From IMG/VR virus record IMGVR_UViG_3300034166_000764, positions 1 to 52,192 of that record: a stretch of 52,192 bases of DNA, one strand, 5' to 3'. The position numbers were made by a program, and so were the translations under genes. The notes under the pieces are model-generated. The model ran no database searches. It was given only the letters and a program-made list of their open reading frames with translations, and had not been told where the DNA came from. This DNA comes from a virus. Taxonomy: Duplodnaviria > Caudoviricetes. Shown here piece by piece: positions 27,421 to 36,860 of the stretch; positions within the stretch are counted from its first letter, which is position 1; each line of letters begins with the position of its first letter.

Positions 27421-28259
27421 TTATTCTTAACGATGCTACGAATTTAACGATAGAGCTTGGTACGACTGTAACCACTAACCAACTACCTTTTTATTGCTCA
27501 TATAGGGATTGTGCGGTAGGAGAGCTAACACCCTCCTTCACTTCAGGAGACACAAATAATACTAGCGTAATAAACCTAGCACCAGCAGCAGCTTCGGGTA
27601 AGACTAGAATTATTGATTTCTTTAATGTTTTTAATTTAGATACAACTGCGAAGACAGTCATAATTAAAGTAGGAACTAGAAGATTGTTTTCGGTTGTACT
27701 TTCTTCCAGCGAAACTTTGCAGTACACTGATTCACAGGGATTTCAAGTATTGACCACGGCTGGCAGCGTGAAGCAATCTATCAATCAAGGGTCAAATGCT
27801 GCGAATTCGGGATTTGAAATATCAGTTCTGAGTTCAGATGTAACAAACAATAACGCTACAGCTAATACGATGCAAGATGTTACGGGATTGAATTTCCCTG
27901 TTTTGAGTGGAAAGCTTTATGAATTTGAATTTAACATCCAGTATACGGCAGCGGCGACTACCACTGGCTCTAGATGGGGTGTTAGTGCTTCGGCTGGTGC
28001 AGCGACAAACTTGTCTTTAACAAGCGAATATTCTTTAACAGCTACAACAACAACGAGAAATGCTTTAATTCAGGCTTTTGATTCACCAGCAGCGAGTAAC
28101 GCAACATCAGCAACGACAGGTAACAATTGGGCGAATATTAAAGGTGTAATAAGAGCAACAGCGGATGCTACTTTAACAGCAAGATTCGCTTCGGAGGTAG
28201 CTTCGAGTGCTATAGTGGCGAAAGTTGGTTCCACAGTAAAATGGAGGCAAATTGATTAA
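27417..28259 (+). CDS. Putative fibre/structural beta protein
   Basis: T/S/A-rich; MQDVTGLNFPV...YEFEF, LTARFASEV. Confidence 0.55.
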   Translation: MIILNDATNLTIELGTTVTTNQLPFYCSYRDCAVGELTPSFTSGDTNNTSVINLAPAAASGKTRIIDFFNVFNLDTTAKTVIIKVGTRRLFSVVLSSSETLQYTDSQGFQVLTTAGSVKQSINQGSNAANSGFEISVLSSDVTNNNATANTMQDVTGLNFPVLSGKLYEFEFNIQYTAAATTTGSRWGVSASAGAATNLSLTSEYSLTATTTTRNALIQAFDSPAASNATSATTGNNWANIKGVIRATADATLTARFASEVASSAIVAKVGSTVKWRQID

Positions 28260-28479
28260 TTATTTTTCTTTAGCTGAAAATAACACGCAACTAGAGTTAA
28301 TTACAACTTTTTTTATACCTTTAGCGAATGAACCTTTAGAAGTTCAATCAGAAGACCTTGCATTGTGGACTTTACATCTAGCTAATGTTGAAAACGCAGC
28401 AGATGGAAGATCGTTTACTTTAGATGAAGAAGAGAAAAATCATATTTCGGCTTTTTTAAGGATACACAATTTAATATAA
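28252..28479 (+). CDS. Hypothetical protein
   Basis: 75-aa ORF coupled to the upstream gene. Confidence 0.55.
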   Translation: MINYFSLAENNTQLELITTFFIPLANEPLEVQSEDLALWTLHLANVENAADGRSFTLDEEEKNHISAFLRIHNLI

Positions 28480-28491
28480 GGATACATAATT

Positions 28492-29340
28492 ATGATAGGC
28501 GGATCAGGTAGAGTAGAAATAACAAATAAATTAGTCCAAATAGGCGAGCTGTTTAGTGAAGAATTTAAAGAGCCTTTAAAAGAAAGGGTTTTAGAAGTTT
28601 TTAACCAAGAAATCGAAAAGCTATTAGCTAAAAAAGTAGATAAGCTTAAAGGTCAAAAAGGCGATATTGGAGATCCAGGACAGGATGGTAAAGATGGTGC
28701 TAATGGACTTGATGGTGCTAATGGTAAAGACGGATTAAATGGAGCTGACGGCAAGGATGGAGCTAACGGAAAAGATGGTCTAAATGGTAAAGACGGACTT
28801 GATGGGGCTGATGGTAAAGATGGTGTAGATGGAAAAGATGGTCTAAATGGTACGAATGGTTTAGATGGTAAAGACGGAAAGAACGCAGAGTTTGATTATG
28901 TTTTTGTTAAAAAAGAATTAGCTAACTTGTTTGATCTTTGGAAAAACACTCTAGGAGATTTGACTGGTAAGCAAGGAGAGCAAGGAGAGCAAGGTACACC
29001 AGGTAAGAACGGTTCAGAGTACCCTACTTACGAGAAGCAGTTACTTTCAGATGACATGGTTTCAGTAGTACATCATCAATTACCTATGACTAACGCTGTA
29101 ATGATAGTTTCTGTTGTAGGTATCTCTAATCTTAGTAATTTTATTCGCTTCGAGGAAGAAATAATATTTCAAAATGTAGCTGGTCAAGGTAAATTATTAA
29201 GTAAAGGTTATTTCGTAAATGGTTCTCCAAAGAACAAACCTAACTTAACCTACTCAATCGATATAGTTGATGGTTTCCTTGATTTTTCAATGAAAGGTAA
29301 AACAGACGAAATCTTCGATATTACTGTAGTATTAAAATAA
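28492..29340 (+). CDS. Collagen-like (Gly-X-Y) fibre protein
   Basis: Long GKD/GAN/GLD triplet run plus a second short GXY run. Confidence 0.85.
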   Translation: MIGGSGRVEITNKLVQIGELFSEEFKEPLKERVLEVFNQEIEKLLAKKVDKLKGQKGDIGDPGQDGKDGANGLDGANGKDGLNGADGKDGANGKDGLNGKDGLDGADGKDGVDGKDGLNGTNGLDGKDGKNAEFDYVFVKKELANLFDLWKNTLGDLTGKQGEQGEQGTPGKNGSEYPTYEKQLLSDDMVSVVHHQLPMTNAVMIVSVVGISNLSNFIRFEEEIIFQNVAGQGKLLSKGYFVNGSPKNKPNLTYSIDIVDGFLDFSMKGKTDEIFDITVVLK

Positions 29341-29418
29341 CTAACCAATTAGTAACGTTCACTGTCAAAGTGTTATACTATATATAGTATGGACTTTAAT
29401 ACTATGATCTCTCAAGCT
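29332..29418 (+). repeat. 87-bp direct repeat, copy 1 (late promoter plus first 10 codons MDFNTMISQA)
   Basis: Matches 30479-30565 with 4 mismatches. Confidence 0.95.
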
Positions 29419-29577
29419 TCGAGTGAAGGACAATCACATATATCTGCAAAAAGTGGGAATAGCATTACTTATGTAAGCGACAAAAAACCTTTGAAAAAAA
29501 AATATAACAGTTGATGAAAATTTATTAAACAACTCACCTTTTAAGATTATAAGTTCTTTATTCGAGATATTTAAACT

Positions 29578-30066
29578 ATGACAATATTACCTTTTATCGT
29601 TGGACTATTGATATGCTTATGTTTTTTGCTTTCTGGTGAAATTAGTGTAAATAATTTGGATACATTGATAAAAGATCACTATATAACGGTTTTCACGACT
29701 ATACTTGCCATAAATACAGCGTCAGTAGCTAATCTATTAGTACATTTAAAAGATATAGAAATAAGGGAACATCAAGGAAAAGAAGTATACAAAAAGACTC
29801 GTAAAGAAATGTACGATAATTTGAAGTTCTGTGTAGTAGGGTTAGGTATTTATTTTTTGCTTTTAGCTACATATCCACAAACAAAGATGAAAGTGTTTTA
29901 TTCTTTATTTTCTAGCCCCCTGAGCTTAGAAATAGTTGGTGCATTTCTTTGGTTTGTAGTGGCAAGAGCTTTATGTTTAGCATTATTTATGTATTATCTA
30001 TACGCTACTTATGAAATAGCTGTTAAATTTACAGAGGCAATAAATGGACAAAAAACTAACCCTTAA
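29578..30066 (+). CDS. Multi-pass membrane protein (accessory cassette)
   Basis: About four hydrophobic segments; lies between the direct repeats. Confidence 0.7.
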   Translation: MTILPFIVGLLICLCFLLSGEISVNNLDTLIKDHYITVFTTILAINTASVANLLVHLKDIEIREHQGKEVYKKTRKEMYDNLKFCVVGLGIYFLLLATYPQTKMKVFYSLFSSPLSLEIVGAFLWFVVARALCLALFMYYLYATYEIAVKFTEAINGQKTNP

Positions 30067-30232
30067 ACAAGCCCAAGAGCAAAACAAGCTAGAAGAATTT
30101 ATCCAGCAACAAGAAGATTCAAGCACTGGTGATGAAGAGCTTTTTGATAATACGCTCAAATCTATGCTTGAAAATAAAAACGTAAAAGGAAAAGAAGTTA
30201 AAGAAAATACATCTAAATTAGAGAATATTTGA
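30044..30232 (+). CDS. Hypothetical protein (accessory cassette)
   Basis: 62-aa ORF overlapping the membrane gene. Confidence 0.55.
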   Translation: MDKKLTLKQAQEQNKLEEFIQQQEDSSTGDEELFDNTLKSMLENKNVKGKEVKENTSKLENI

Positions 30233-30247
30233 TTTTTCTTTTAATAT

Positions 30248-30284
30248 ATAAGTGAGCTGGTACGGGAAATACCAACTCACTTAT
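30248..30284. terminator. Hairpin between convergent cassette genes
   Basis: ATAAGTGAGCTGGTA...TACCAACTCACTTAT inverted repeat. Confidence 0.65.
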
Positions 30285-30298
30285 GAATGTTCAAGCAG

Positions 30299-30430
30299 TT
30301 ACTTCTTCTTTCCTTGTGCTTGAGCAACTGCACTAGCAGCTATAGTTTTGCTCGTTCTTGTAGATTTAGGGCTTCTAAGAACTTTTGCAGCAACTTTAGC
30401 TACCTTTCGGCTTGTTTGCTTTTTGCTCAT
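30299..30430 (-). CDS. Small highly basic protein (43 aa)
   Basis: MSKKQTSRKVAKVAAKVLRSPKSTRTSKTIAASAVAQAQGKKK; TTAACA-17-GATACT promoter 6 nt upstream. Confidence 0.65.
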   Translation of the reverse strand: MSKKQTSRKVAKVAAKVLRSPKSTRTSKTIAASAVAQAQGKKK

Positions 30431-30478
30431 ACTTAAAGTATCGCAAAATTATTAACGTATGTTAAGGGGATAAGCGTG

Positions 30479-30565
30479 TTAAAATAACCAACCAATTAGT
30501 AACATTCACTACCAAAGTGTTATACTATATATAGTATGGACTTTAATACTATGATCTCTCAAGCT
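30479..30565 (+). repeat. 87-bp direct repeat, copy 2 (late promoter plus start of intact gene)
   Basis: Contains AGTAAC-N14-TGTTATACTAT at 30498-30528. Confidence 0.95.
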
Positions 30566-30844
30566 ACAGGTGGTTTTGGTGGTCAGACACCTGCAATAAA
30601 CTATAAAAACACTGCTGCTGGTTTTGAGTTTGATAAGAAAGGTAGGATTAAAAGAGATCCATCAACTGGTCTTTTAATAGATCCAAGAGAAAGAAGAACT
30701 TTAAAACAATATAATAGAAACCCATTTGGACAGACAGTAGGTAACACTTTAAACTGGAATATACCAAATGTTCTAACAGGAGCTAACATACCTTCAGGTG
30801 GTTATGCTGGTATTCTATCAGGATTACAAGGATTAGGTCAATAG
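30536..30844 (+). CDS. Hypothetical virion/ejection-module protein
   Basis: 102-aa G/N-rich ORF after a late promoter. Confidence 0.6.
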   Translation: MDFNTMISQATGGFGGQTPAINYKNTAAGFEFDKKGRIKRDPSTGLLIDPRERRTLKQYNRNPFGQTVGNTLNWNIPNVLTGANIPSGGYAGILSGLQGLGQ

Positions 30845-31261
30845 ATGAGTAAAAAGAACGATAATTTAGAATTTGCTAAGATACTAGCTCAGTTAATCCC
30901 TTCTGTGATGAAGAATCAACCTACACTAGAACCCGTTTTAAGTATGCCAAAAAAAGCAATAAAAAATATGCTATACAGAACATCACCAGATTATAGAAAA
31001 GATGCAAAAGAGAATACCGCTCTTATGACATATCAGAGAGGTCTTGAGTATGAGCCTTTAGCTAGGAACTGGGATAGAGAAAACGAGGTTGCAAAAGAAT
31101 ATACTTATGGGGGATCTCCTAATGATGCTGATAATACACTGTATCCTAATGCTTATGCAGCTTACAGAGAATTTGTAGAACCCCGCAATGGGTCTCAACA
31201 TGGTTTAAGTGCCGCAGAAATGTTAGCTAGAGCTAAGTTCTCAAATAAGAGAGGTCAATAG
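30845..31261 (+). CDS. Hypothetical protein
   Basis: 138-aa ORF abutting both neighbours. Confidence 0.6.
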   Translation: MSKKNDNLEFAKILAQLIPSVMKNQPTLEPVLSMPKKAIKNMLYRTSPDYRKDAKENTALMTYQRGLEYEPLARNWDRENEVAKEYTYGGSPNDADNTLYPNAYAAYREFVEPRNGSQHGLSAAEMLARAKFSNKRGQ

Positions 31262-32416
31262 ATGGCAAGAACAGTGTCAGGAAAAGCAGCACCAGCTAGT
31301 CCAGCAACACCTCAATTCGTACCAGCACCATCTAAACCGATGGGCGGACAATTTATCAAAACAGGAGTCGTAACAGATGCTTTCAGGAACGCAGTCAATG
31401 CAACAGGTGAATACAATGGAGTCCAAGACTACCTCGAAAAAAACCCCGAAGTTAAAGACCTTAGAGGCACAGGAAAAGCCAACGATGCAAATAAATCACT
31501 TATTGGGAACAGCCTTTATAAAAGCACTGGAAGTGGCACTGACGGATCGCAGCCCACTACGCCCACAACTGACCCAAATGCACCGTTACCCGTTGATCAA
31601 CAAATCGTTAAAAGTGGTGTAGACTTAACTAACATTGGCTCTGGTATACTAAAGAGTCCAAATGAGCAAGCTAACACCTTAATGAATCAAGGGAATCAAA
31701 CTTATGGACAAGGTTTCTCAGACATTGGAGCTACTTATGGACTTGCTAACTCAGCTAGGGGTTATGGAGATCTTATCCAAGATCTAATTAATAGCAATCA
31801 GCAAGCAGCTCAACAAGACGTAAGTAATTACTATAATGCACAACCACTAGATACACTAAGATCAAACATATCTAACCTTAATGCTAACCTAGCTAACACA
31901 GGTGGCTACTCTTCTCGTTCAGGTAACAACATGAGAGCTAACTTAGAAAGAGGTTTAATCAGAGATCAAGCTGAAGCTAACCTAGCTGTTAATGAAAGAG
32001 CTAGAGCAGCACAAGAAGCTGAGTTAGCTAATCAGCGTAGTACAGATACAGGACTAGCTGGTCTATTCTCAGGACAAGGACAAAACTTACTTAACACAAG
32101 TGCTAACCAGTTACAAGCTTCAGGTAATTTACAAGATCAACGTACTAGCTTAGGTTCTAATATCTACAATCAAGGATTCCAGAACATTATGCAAGCTCTA
32201 GGCTTTAATAATGACATAGTTACACAAGCATTTGATAGAGAGAACGCTTTAAGAACTCAGAACTTAGCTAACATACAAGGTGATAAGAATAATCAATTCT
32301 CTAAAGGAATCCAAAGAAGACAAATGGATTTAGCAGAAAAAGCTCAAGCTCAGAAGTTATGGACTGATATTTTAGCTGCTGCTTCTGGTACAGCCTCTAA
32401 GGCTGCTGGAGCTTAA
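31262..32416 (+). CDS. Probable internal virion / DNA ejection protein
   Basis: Q/N/A/G-rich helical protein, typical of podovirus ejection proteins. Confidence 0.6.
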   Translation: MARTVSGKAAPASPATPQFVPAPSKPMGGQFIKTGVVTDAFRNAVNATGEYNGVQDYLEKNPEVKDLRGTGKANDANKSLIGNSLYKSTGSGTDGSQPTTPTTDPNAPLPVDQQIVKSGVDLTNIGSGILKSPNEQANTLMNQGNQTYGQGFSDIGATYGLANSARGYGDLIQDLINSNQQAAQQDVSNYYNAQPLDTLRSNISNLNANLANTGGYSSRSGNNMRANLERGLIRDQAEANLAVNERARAAQEAELANQRSTDTGLAGLFSGQGQNLLNTSANQLQASGNLQDQRTSLGSNIYNQGFQNIMQALGFNNDIVTQAFDRENALRTQNLANIQGDKNNQFSKGIQRRQMDLAEKAQAQKLWTDILAAASGTASKAAGA

Positions 32417-32428
32417 ACAAAGGACTAC

Positions 32429-34006
32429 ATGGGTAAAGACTACATAGCACCACCAGACTTATCAGCAGAAGCTGGATTCACAGTAATGAATCCTCAAGAA
32501 TCTGTTAATAACTTCTTGAGTAATTCTATATCTGCTGCTAACAACAGTAGAACTAACTTCCAATCTGGTATCAATCAAGCTATAGCAGCAGCTAACTCAG
32601 CTAGAATAGCTGAACAGAATAGACAAAATGCTTTAACACTACAAACTCAAAGAGCAGCAGCACAGGCAGATAGATTAAAAATAGCAGATCAAATTAAAAG
32701 AAAGTTTGAATATGAGGATATAAATAATTTTGTAAATTTTAAGCAAGATTTACTCAAGTCAGGCATGTCACCAGAACAGGCGGAAGCATCAACTAAAGCT
32801 TTAGCAAACACTAGGTTAATGTACTTAGACGAAGGCTCACCAGCATACAACCTATACTCTAAATATGTAGGGCAAACATCACAACCACAGCAACCAAGCA
32901 ACACAGAGCTTACACCAGAAGATTTAGCTATCACAGGCGGAGCAACTGTAGATAACACACAACCAATGCAAGCTGGTGCAGTAGCACAAGAGTATGTACC
33001 AGAACCGCAAGCACCGAGTGTAGACTTCTTAGCTCAAGATCGTGAAGCTCAAAAAATAGCACAGGGAGCTTTGCAGGCAGAGCAACGTGCTAAAATATAT
33101 GACACTGATGCTAAAGCAGTAGAAGCTCAAGGAAGATTAGGTATACAAGAGGTTAAAGATAAAAAAATAGATGAGTTTGCTGATATGTATGCTAGAAATG
33201 ATGTAGAGAGATCATTTATTAGATCAATAAAGAATGATATTAGCTTAACTGCTGAAGGTCAGAAAAATTGGGAGAAGGGTAGAGACTCATTTAATGCCTC
33301 TGAGGACAATATAACAGATGCTACACAGAAAACTAAACAGTTAATAGATGTTTATAAGAAGATGCAAGCTAGAGGTTTAACTATCTCTGATTCTGGTACT
33401 TCAATGTTAAGGGCAGTTCAAGGTAAAGCTTTATCCAATGACAGTTCATCAGGAACTATTTATGACGAGAAGATTAAAGCTGAAACATTAATTCCAGAAG
33501 ATGTAGAATTGTCTAGAGAGCTTTATGGTGTGTTAAGTAGTTTAGAACCTAACTTCATAAGTATTAACCGAGCATTAGGGAACGTAGGTACTCAAACAGA
33601 GAATGACTTTACCCGTGCATTAAAGCTTGTATTCTCTCCTGGTCTTACAGATCCACAATCACTTATTAAAAATGCTGAAGATGGTTTTGGCTTCTTAATG
33701 GCTAGCAATGTTAAAAATGGTGTTAAGTATGGTAATGAAAGAGCTGCAAGCAACGCCATGATTGAGCTTAATAATAGAAATCTAGTATTAAACGCAGCAG
33801 GTAGAGCTATTCCAGGAGATCCATTCCGTAATCAGCCAATATCTACTCAAGCACCAGCAGTACAGCAACCTTCAATAGTCCAACAACCTGTTGCACAAAT
33901 AGCAGCACCTAAACCTAGTAGTGTCAGCACGTCAAGAGGTTATAAAACTTATAATGTAAAACCTAGCAGTTTCGAGGATGAGTTAAATTACTTTAACAGT
34001 TTGTAA
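32429..34006 (+). CDS. Probable internal virion / DNA ejection protein
   Basis: 525 aa, Q/A-rich; GTQTENDF motif. Confidence 0.6.
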   Translation: MGKDYIAPPDLSAEAGFTVMNPQESVNNFLSNSISAANNSRTNFQSGINQAIAAANSARIAEQNRQNALTLQTQRAAAQADRLKIADQIKRKFEYEDINNFVNFKQDLLKSGMSPEQAEASTKALANTRLMYLDEGSPAYNLYSKYVGQTSQPQQPSNTELTPEDLAITGGATVDNTQPMQAGAVAQEYVPEPQAPSVDFLAQDREAQKIAQGALQAEQRAKIYDTDAKAVEAQGRLGIQEVKDKKIDEFADMYARNDVERSFIRSIKNDISLTAEGQKNWEKGRDSFNASEDNITDATQKTKQLIDVYKKMQARGLTISDSGTSMLRAVQGKALSNDSSSGTIYDEKIKAETLIPEDVELSRELYGVLSSLEPNFISINRALGNVGTQTENDFTRALKLVFSPGLTDPQSLIKNAEDGFGFLMASNVKNGVKYGNERAASNAMIELNNRNLVLNAAGRAIPGDPFRNQPISTQAPAVQQPSIVQQPVAQIAAPKPSSVSTSRGYKTYNVKPSSFEDELNYFNSL

Positions 34007-34007
34007 G

Positions 34008-36860
34008 ATGAGTCAGAGTCAAGAAATATTTTTAAGATTAATAAATGCTGAGTCAGGCAATCAACCACTTTTAGGTAGAGCTTTAGTAGCTAGAGCAGTG
34101 CTGAACAGGCATTGGCTCATTGCTCAAGGTGTTGTACCTCCAAGTAAGTTCAATTCTAAAAGTGCAGATATATTAGATATAGTCTCAGCTCCTAGACAAT
34201 TCCAACCTTATGATGAAGGTAAATTAAACAAACCTCTTTCTACAGAAGAGAGAGATAAAGCTATGTTAGCAGTTAAGCTTGCTCTAGATGCTGATAAGCT
34301 AAAGAAAGTTATAGTTAATGACCTTAAAGTAGATGAGACAGAAGCTAACAAAATGCTTGCTGTAACAGGGTTCTCTACACATGATGCTACTCCAGACAGA
34401 TCACAGACAGCTAATACTTTTGGTTTAGCAGGACATAAGTTTACTACTGCTGGTAATGATAATACTCTAGTTCTTAACTCTAAAGGTGTTGTACCAATAA
34501 CAGGAGCAACAACTAACACTGATAGTGGTGCTTTTCCATACCCAGCACCAGAACAGAGTAGTTTAATACCACAAAGTCAAACACTAACACCAGATGAGTT
34601 GTATCTAACGCATTCAAAAGCCAACAATGACCTAATGCTAGGTTTACAGTATGGTCTAGCAGCACAAGGAAAGATGTCAGATAAGTTAGCTGCTGAGAAA
34701 GGAGCTAACACTAAATCAGATTCTTATAAGCTAGGTAGAAACTTAGCTAAAGGCGGTAAACTACTTACTGAAACTGGTTTAAACACAGCACTAATGTACT
34801 TAACAGGTGGGCTAGGAACAGTAGGGCCACTAGCTAAAACAGCTACACAGTTAGCTAAAGCTAAACCTATAACTAGAGATATAGCTAGAACTGCTATTGG
34901 TTTTGCTACAGCAGGAGGCTCTAACCTAATTACCAATGTAGGAGGTAGCTTATTTGCCCCTCAGAACAAGGAAAATATTAAAAACAATTTAACTCAAGCA
35001 GCTATTACAGGTGGTATAGGTGGTGTAACAAATGCAGTGCTAGGTAGGATTGTAGATGCTAACACTGCTAAAGCTGGTGCTGAAGCTGTATTAGGTAAAG
35101 TAAGAACCTATGCACAATCTACAGGTAAGTCTATAGAAGAGTTAGCTAAAGGTGGAGATCAAGAAGTTATCAATATCTTTAAAAGCATAGCTGATGACTA
35201 CACACAGTTAGTTAAGCCATTTGATGATGTTATTAAAAGTGGTGTAGATACTAAGAAACTATCTAAAGAAGCATACAAAGAACTTGTAGATCAAGTAAGT
35301 AATGCAACTAAACCAATCATAGATAATATGAAAGCTGCTGGTGGGCAGGTTATAGCTAACCAAACAAAGAAAGTAAAATTACCAGAAGGATTAATAGATA
35401 CTTTAAAACTAATACAGAAAAATGCTGTTTTTACTAGAGGTGATAGTAAAGGGCCAAAGAAGCTAGCTGAACAGATAGACTCTATTATAAGTAGTGCTGG
35501 ATTAGACAGTAAAGACAGAGTTGTAGAAAAAATATCTACTGATTTACCTGAGTGGAAAATGATTCCAACGAAAACTACACAAATAGTAGTTAAACCTCCT
35601 AAAGCAACAGAAGCTAATGCAGAAGCTATAGTAAACAGTATTAAAGAGATTAAAGCTTTAATGAAAGATGTTCCAGCAGCTAAGAAGTTTGCAGACCTAC
35701 TAGATCCTTATGTAGACACTATAACTGATTCAGTACCTTCTTTAAAGTTTGCTAAAGATGTAGATAAAGTTTACAGCGATGTTCTTAAAGGCTTTGGCAT
35801 AGATCCTACTGATGTTGAACTATCAACAATGGCTAAGATAGTTAAAAAGAGTGTGGCAGACCCTAGCTACATACCAAGTGCTGACAAGTTAGTATCTTTA
35901 ATGGATAATCCTAAACTAAGAATAACTACTAAAGGTACACCATTAGAAGGTAAAATATCTATATTAAATCCTGAGATACAAGCTCAGAGAGTTAAAGAAG
36001 CACAAGCAGCTAAAGAGTTAGTACAATACCAATTTGGTAAGGGTAAGCCTGGTGCTACCACAATGTTTAACTTAATAGAAGGTTTTAATAAATCTAATGA
36101 AATACCGCAGATAGATAAAATAACTAAAGCCTTTTTAGACTCTGATGTAGGTTCTTTAATAGGTAATACAGTAAAGAATCAGAAGGTAAAACCTGAACAA
36201 GTAGAAAAAGCTTATATGTTCTCCTTTGCTAAAAACGCTAAGAAAGTAGAAGGATTAACTAAGCAAGCTGAAGCAAGATTCGCTAATCCAAAAACAGCCT
36301 TAGACACTAAAGCTTTACTATCAGGTGAAAATGATGTCGCTAATTTAGCTACAGATGAAGGTGTGATAGCTGCTAAGAACTTACCAAATAACCCAATATC
36401 TGGAGCTGCAAACTTCTTTAGCGGTAAACAATACACTCCAGTAAGAACTAACACTGATGTACTATACCCTTCCCCAAGAGATGTAGTTAAACAAGCTGTA
36501 AACTCTGAGGATGCTATTAGAAATGCTTTAGGAAATAACTTCACGCAGACTCCTATGTTAGGTGCTGCTGTAACAGAGAGATTAGCACCAGCTAGATTAG
36601 ATGCTTTAGCAAGTGAAGCTAACAATCTAATGAGAGGTAGAAACGTCACCACTATGATAGATCAAGGTAAGGGGTTTATTTCTGGTGCTTCTGATGCTCC
36701 TGTCAATGTTACTAATACAGGAAACTTAATTCAAGAAGCAGCCTTCTACAACTCTCTAAGACCAGTCGCAGCACCGTTTATTCATGGTGGGCCTGGAGGG
36801 TTTGAAAGTATTATAGCACCCTTATACAAAGGAAACGCAACAATAAATGAAAGAAGATAG
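34008..36860 (+). CDS. Large ejection protein with N-terminal SleB/Hydrolase_2 cell-wall hydrolase domain
   Basis: LINAESGNQPLLGRALVARAVLNR...IVSAPRQFQP...GHKF, then A/G-rich hydrophobic helices. Confidence 0.75.
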   Translation: MSQSQEIFLRLINAESGNQPLLGRALVARAVLNRHWLIAQGVVPPSKFNSKSADILDIVSAPRQFQPYDEGKLNKPLSTEERDKAMLAVKLALDADKLKKVIVNDLKVDETEANKMLAVTGFSTHDATPDRSQTANTFGLAGHKFTTAGNDNTLVLNSKGVVPITGATTNTDSGAFPYPAPEQSSLIPQSQTLTPDELYLTHSKANNDLMLGLQYGLAAQGKMSDKLAAEKGANTKSDSYKLGRNLAKGGKLLTETGLNTALMYLTGGLGTVGPLAKTATQLAKAKPITRDIARTAIGFATAGGSNLITNVGGSLFAPQNKENIKNNLTQAAITGGIGGVTNAVLGRIVDANTAKAGAEAVLGKVRTYAQSTGKSIEELAKGGDQEVINIFKSIADDYTQLVKPFDDVIKSGVDTKKLSKEAYKELVDQVSNATKPIIDNMKAAGGQVIANQTKKVKLPEGLIDTLKLIQKNAVFTRGDSKGPKKLAEQIDSIISSAGLDSKDRVVEKISTDLPEWKMIPTKTTQIVVKPPKATEANAEAIVNSIKEIKALMKDVPAAKKFADLLDPYVDTITDSVPSLKFAKDVDKVYSDVLKGFGIDPTDVELSTMAKIVKKSVADPSYIPSADKLVSLMDNPKLRITTKGTPLEGKISILNPEIQAQRVKEAQAAKELVQYQFGKGKPGATTMFNLIEGFNKSNEIPQIDKITKAFLDSDVGSLIGNTVKNQKVKPEQVEKAYMFSFAKNAKKVEGLTKQAEARFANPKTALDTKALLSGENDVANLATDEGVIAAKNLPNNPISGAANFFSGKQYTPVRTNTDVLYPSPRDVVKQAVNSEDAIRNALGNNFTQTPMLGAAVTERLAPARLDALASEANNLMRGRNVTTMIDQGKGFISGASDAPVNVTNTGNLIQEAAFYNSLRPVAAPFIHGGPGGFESIIAPLYKGNATINERR

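Noticed and set aside
28650-28885. Nucleotide repeats as a VNTR or DGR target
   Set aside because: Explained by collagen Gly-X-Y coding; no reverse transcriptase or TR/VR pair seen
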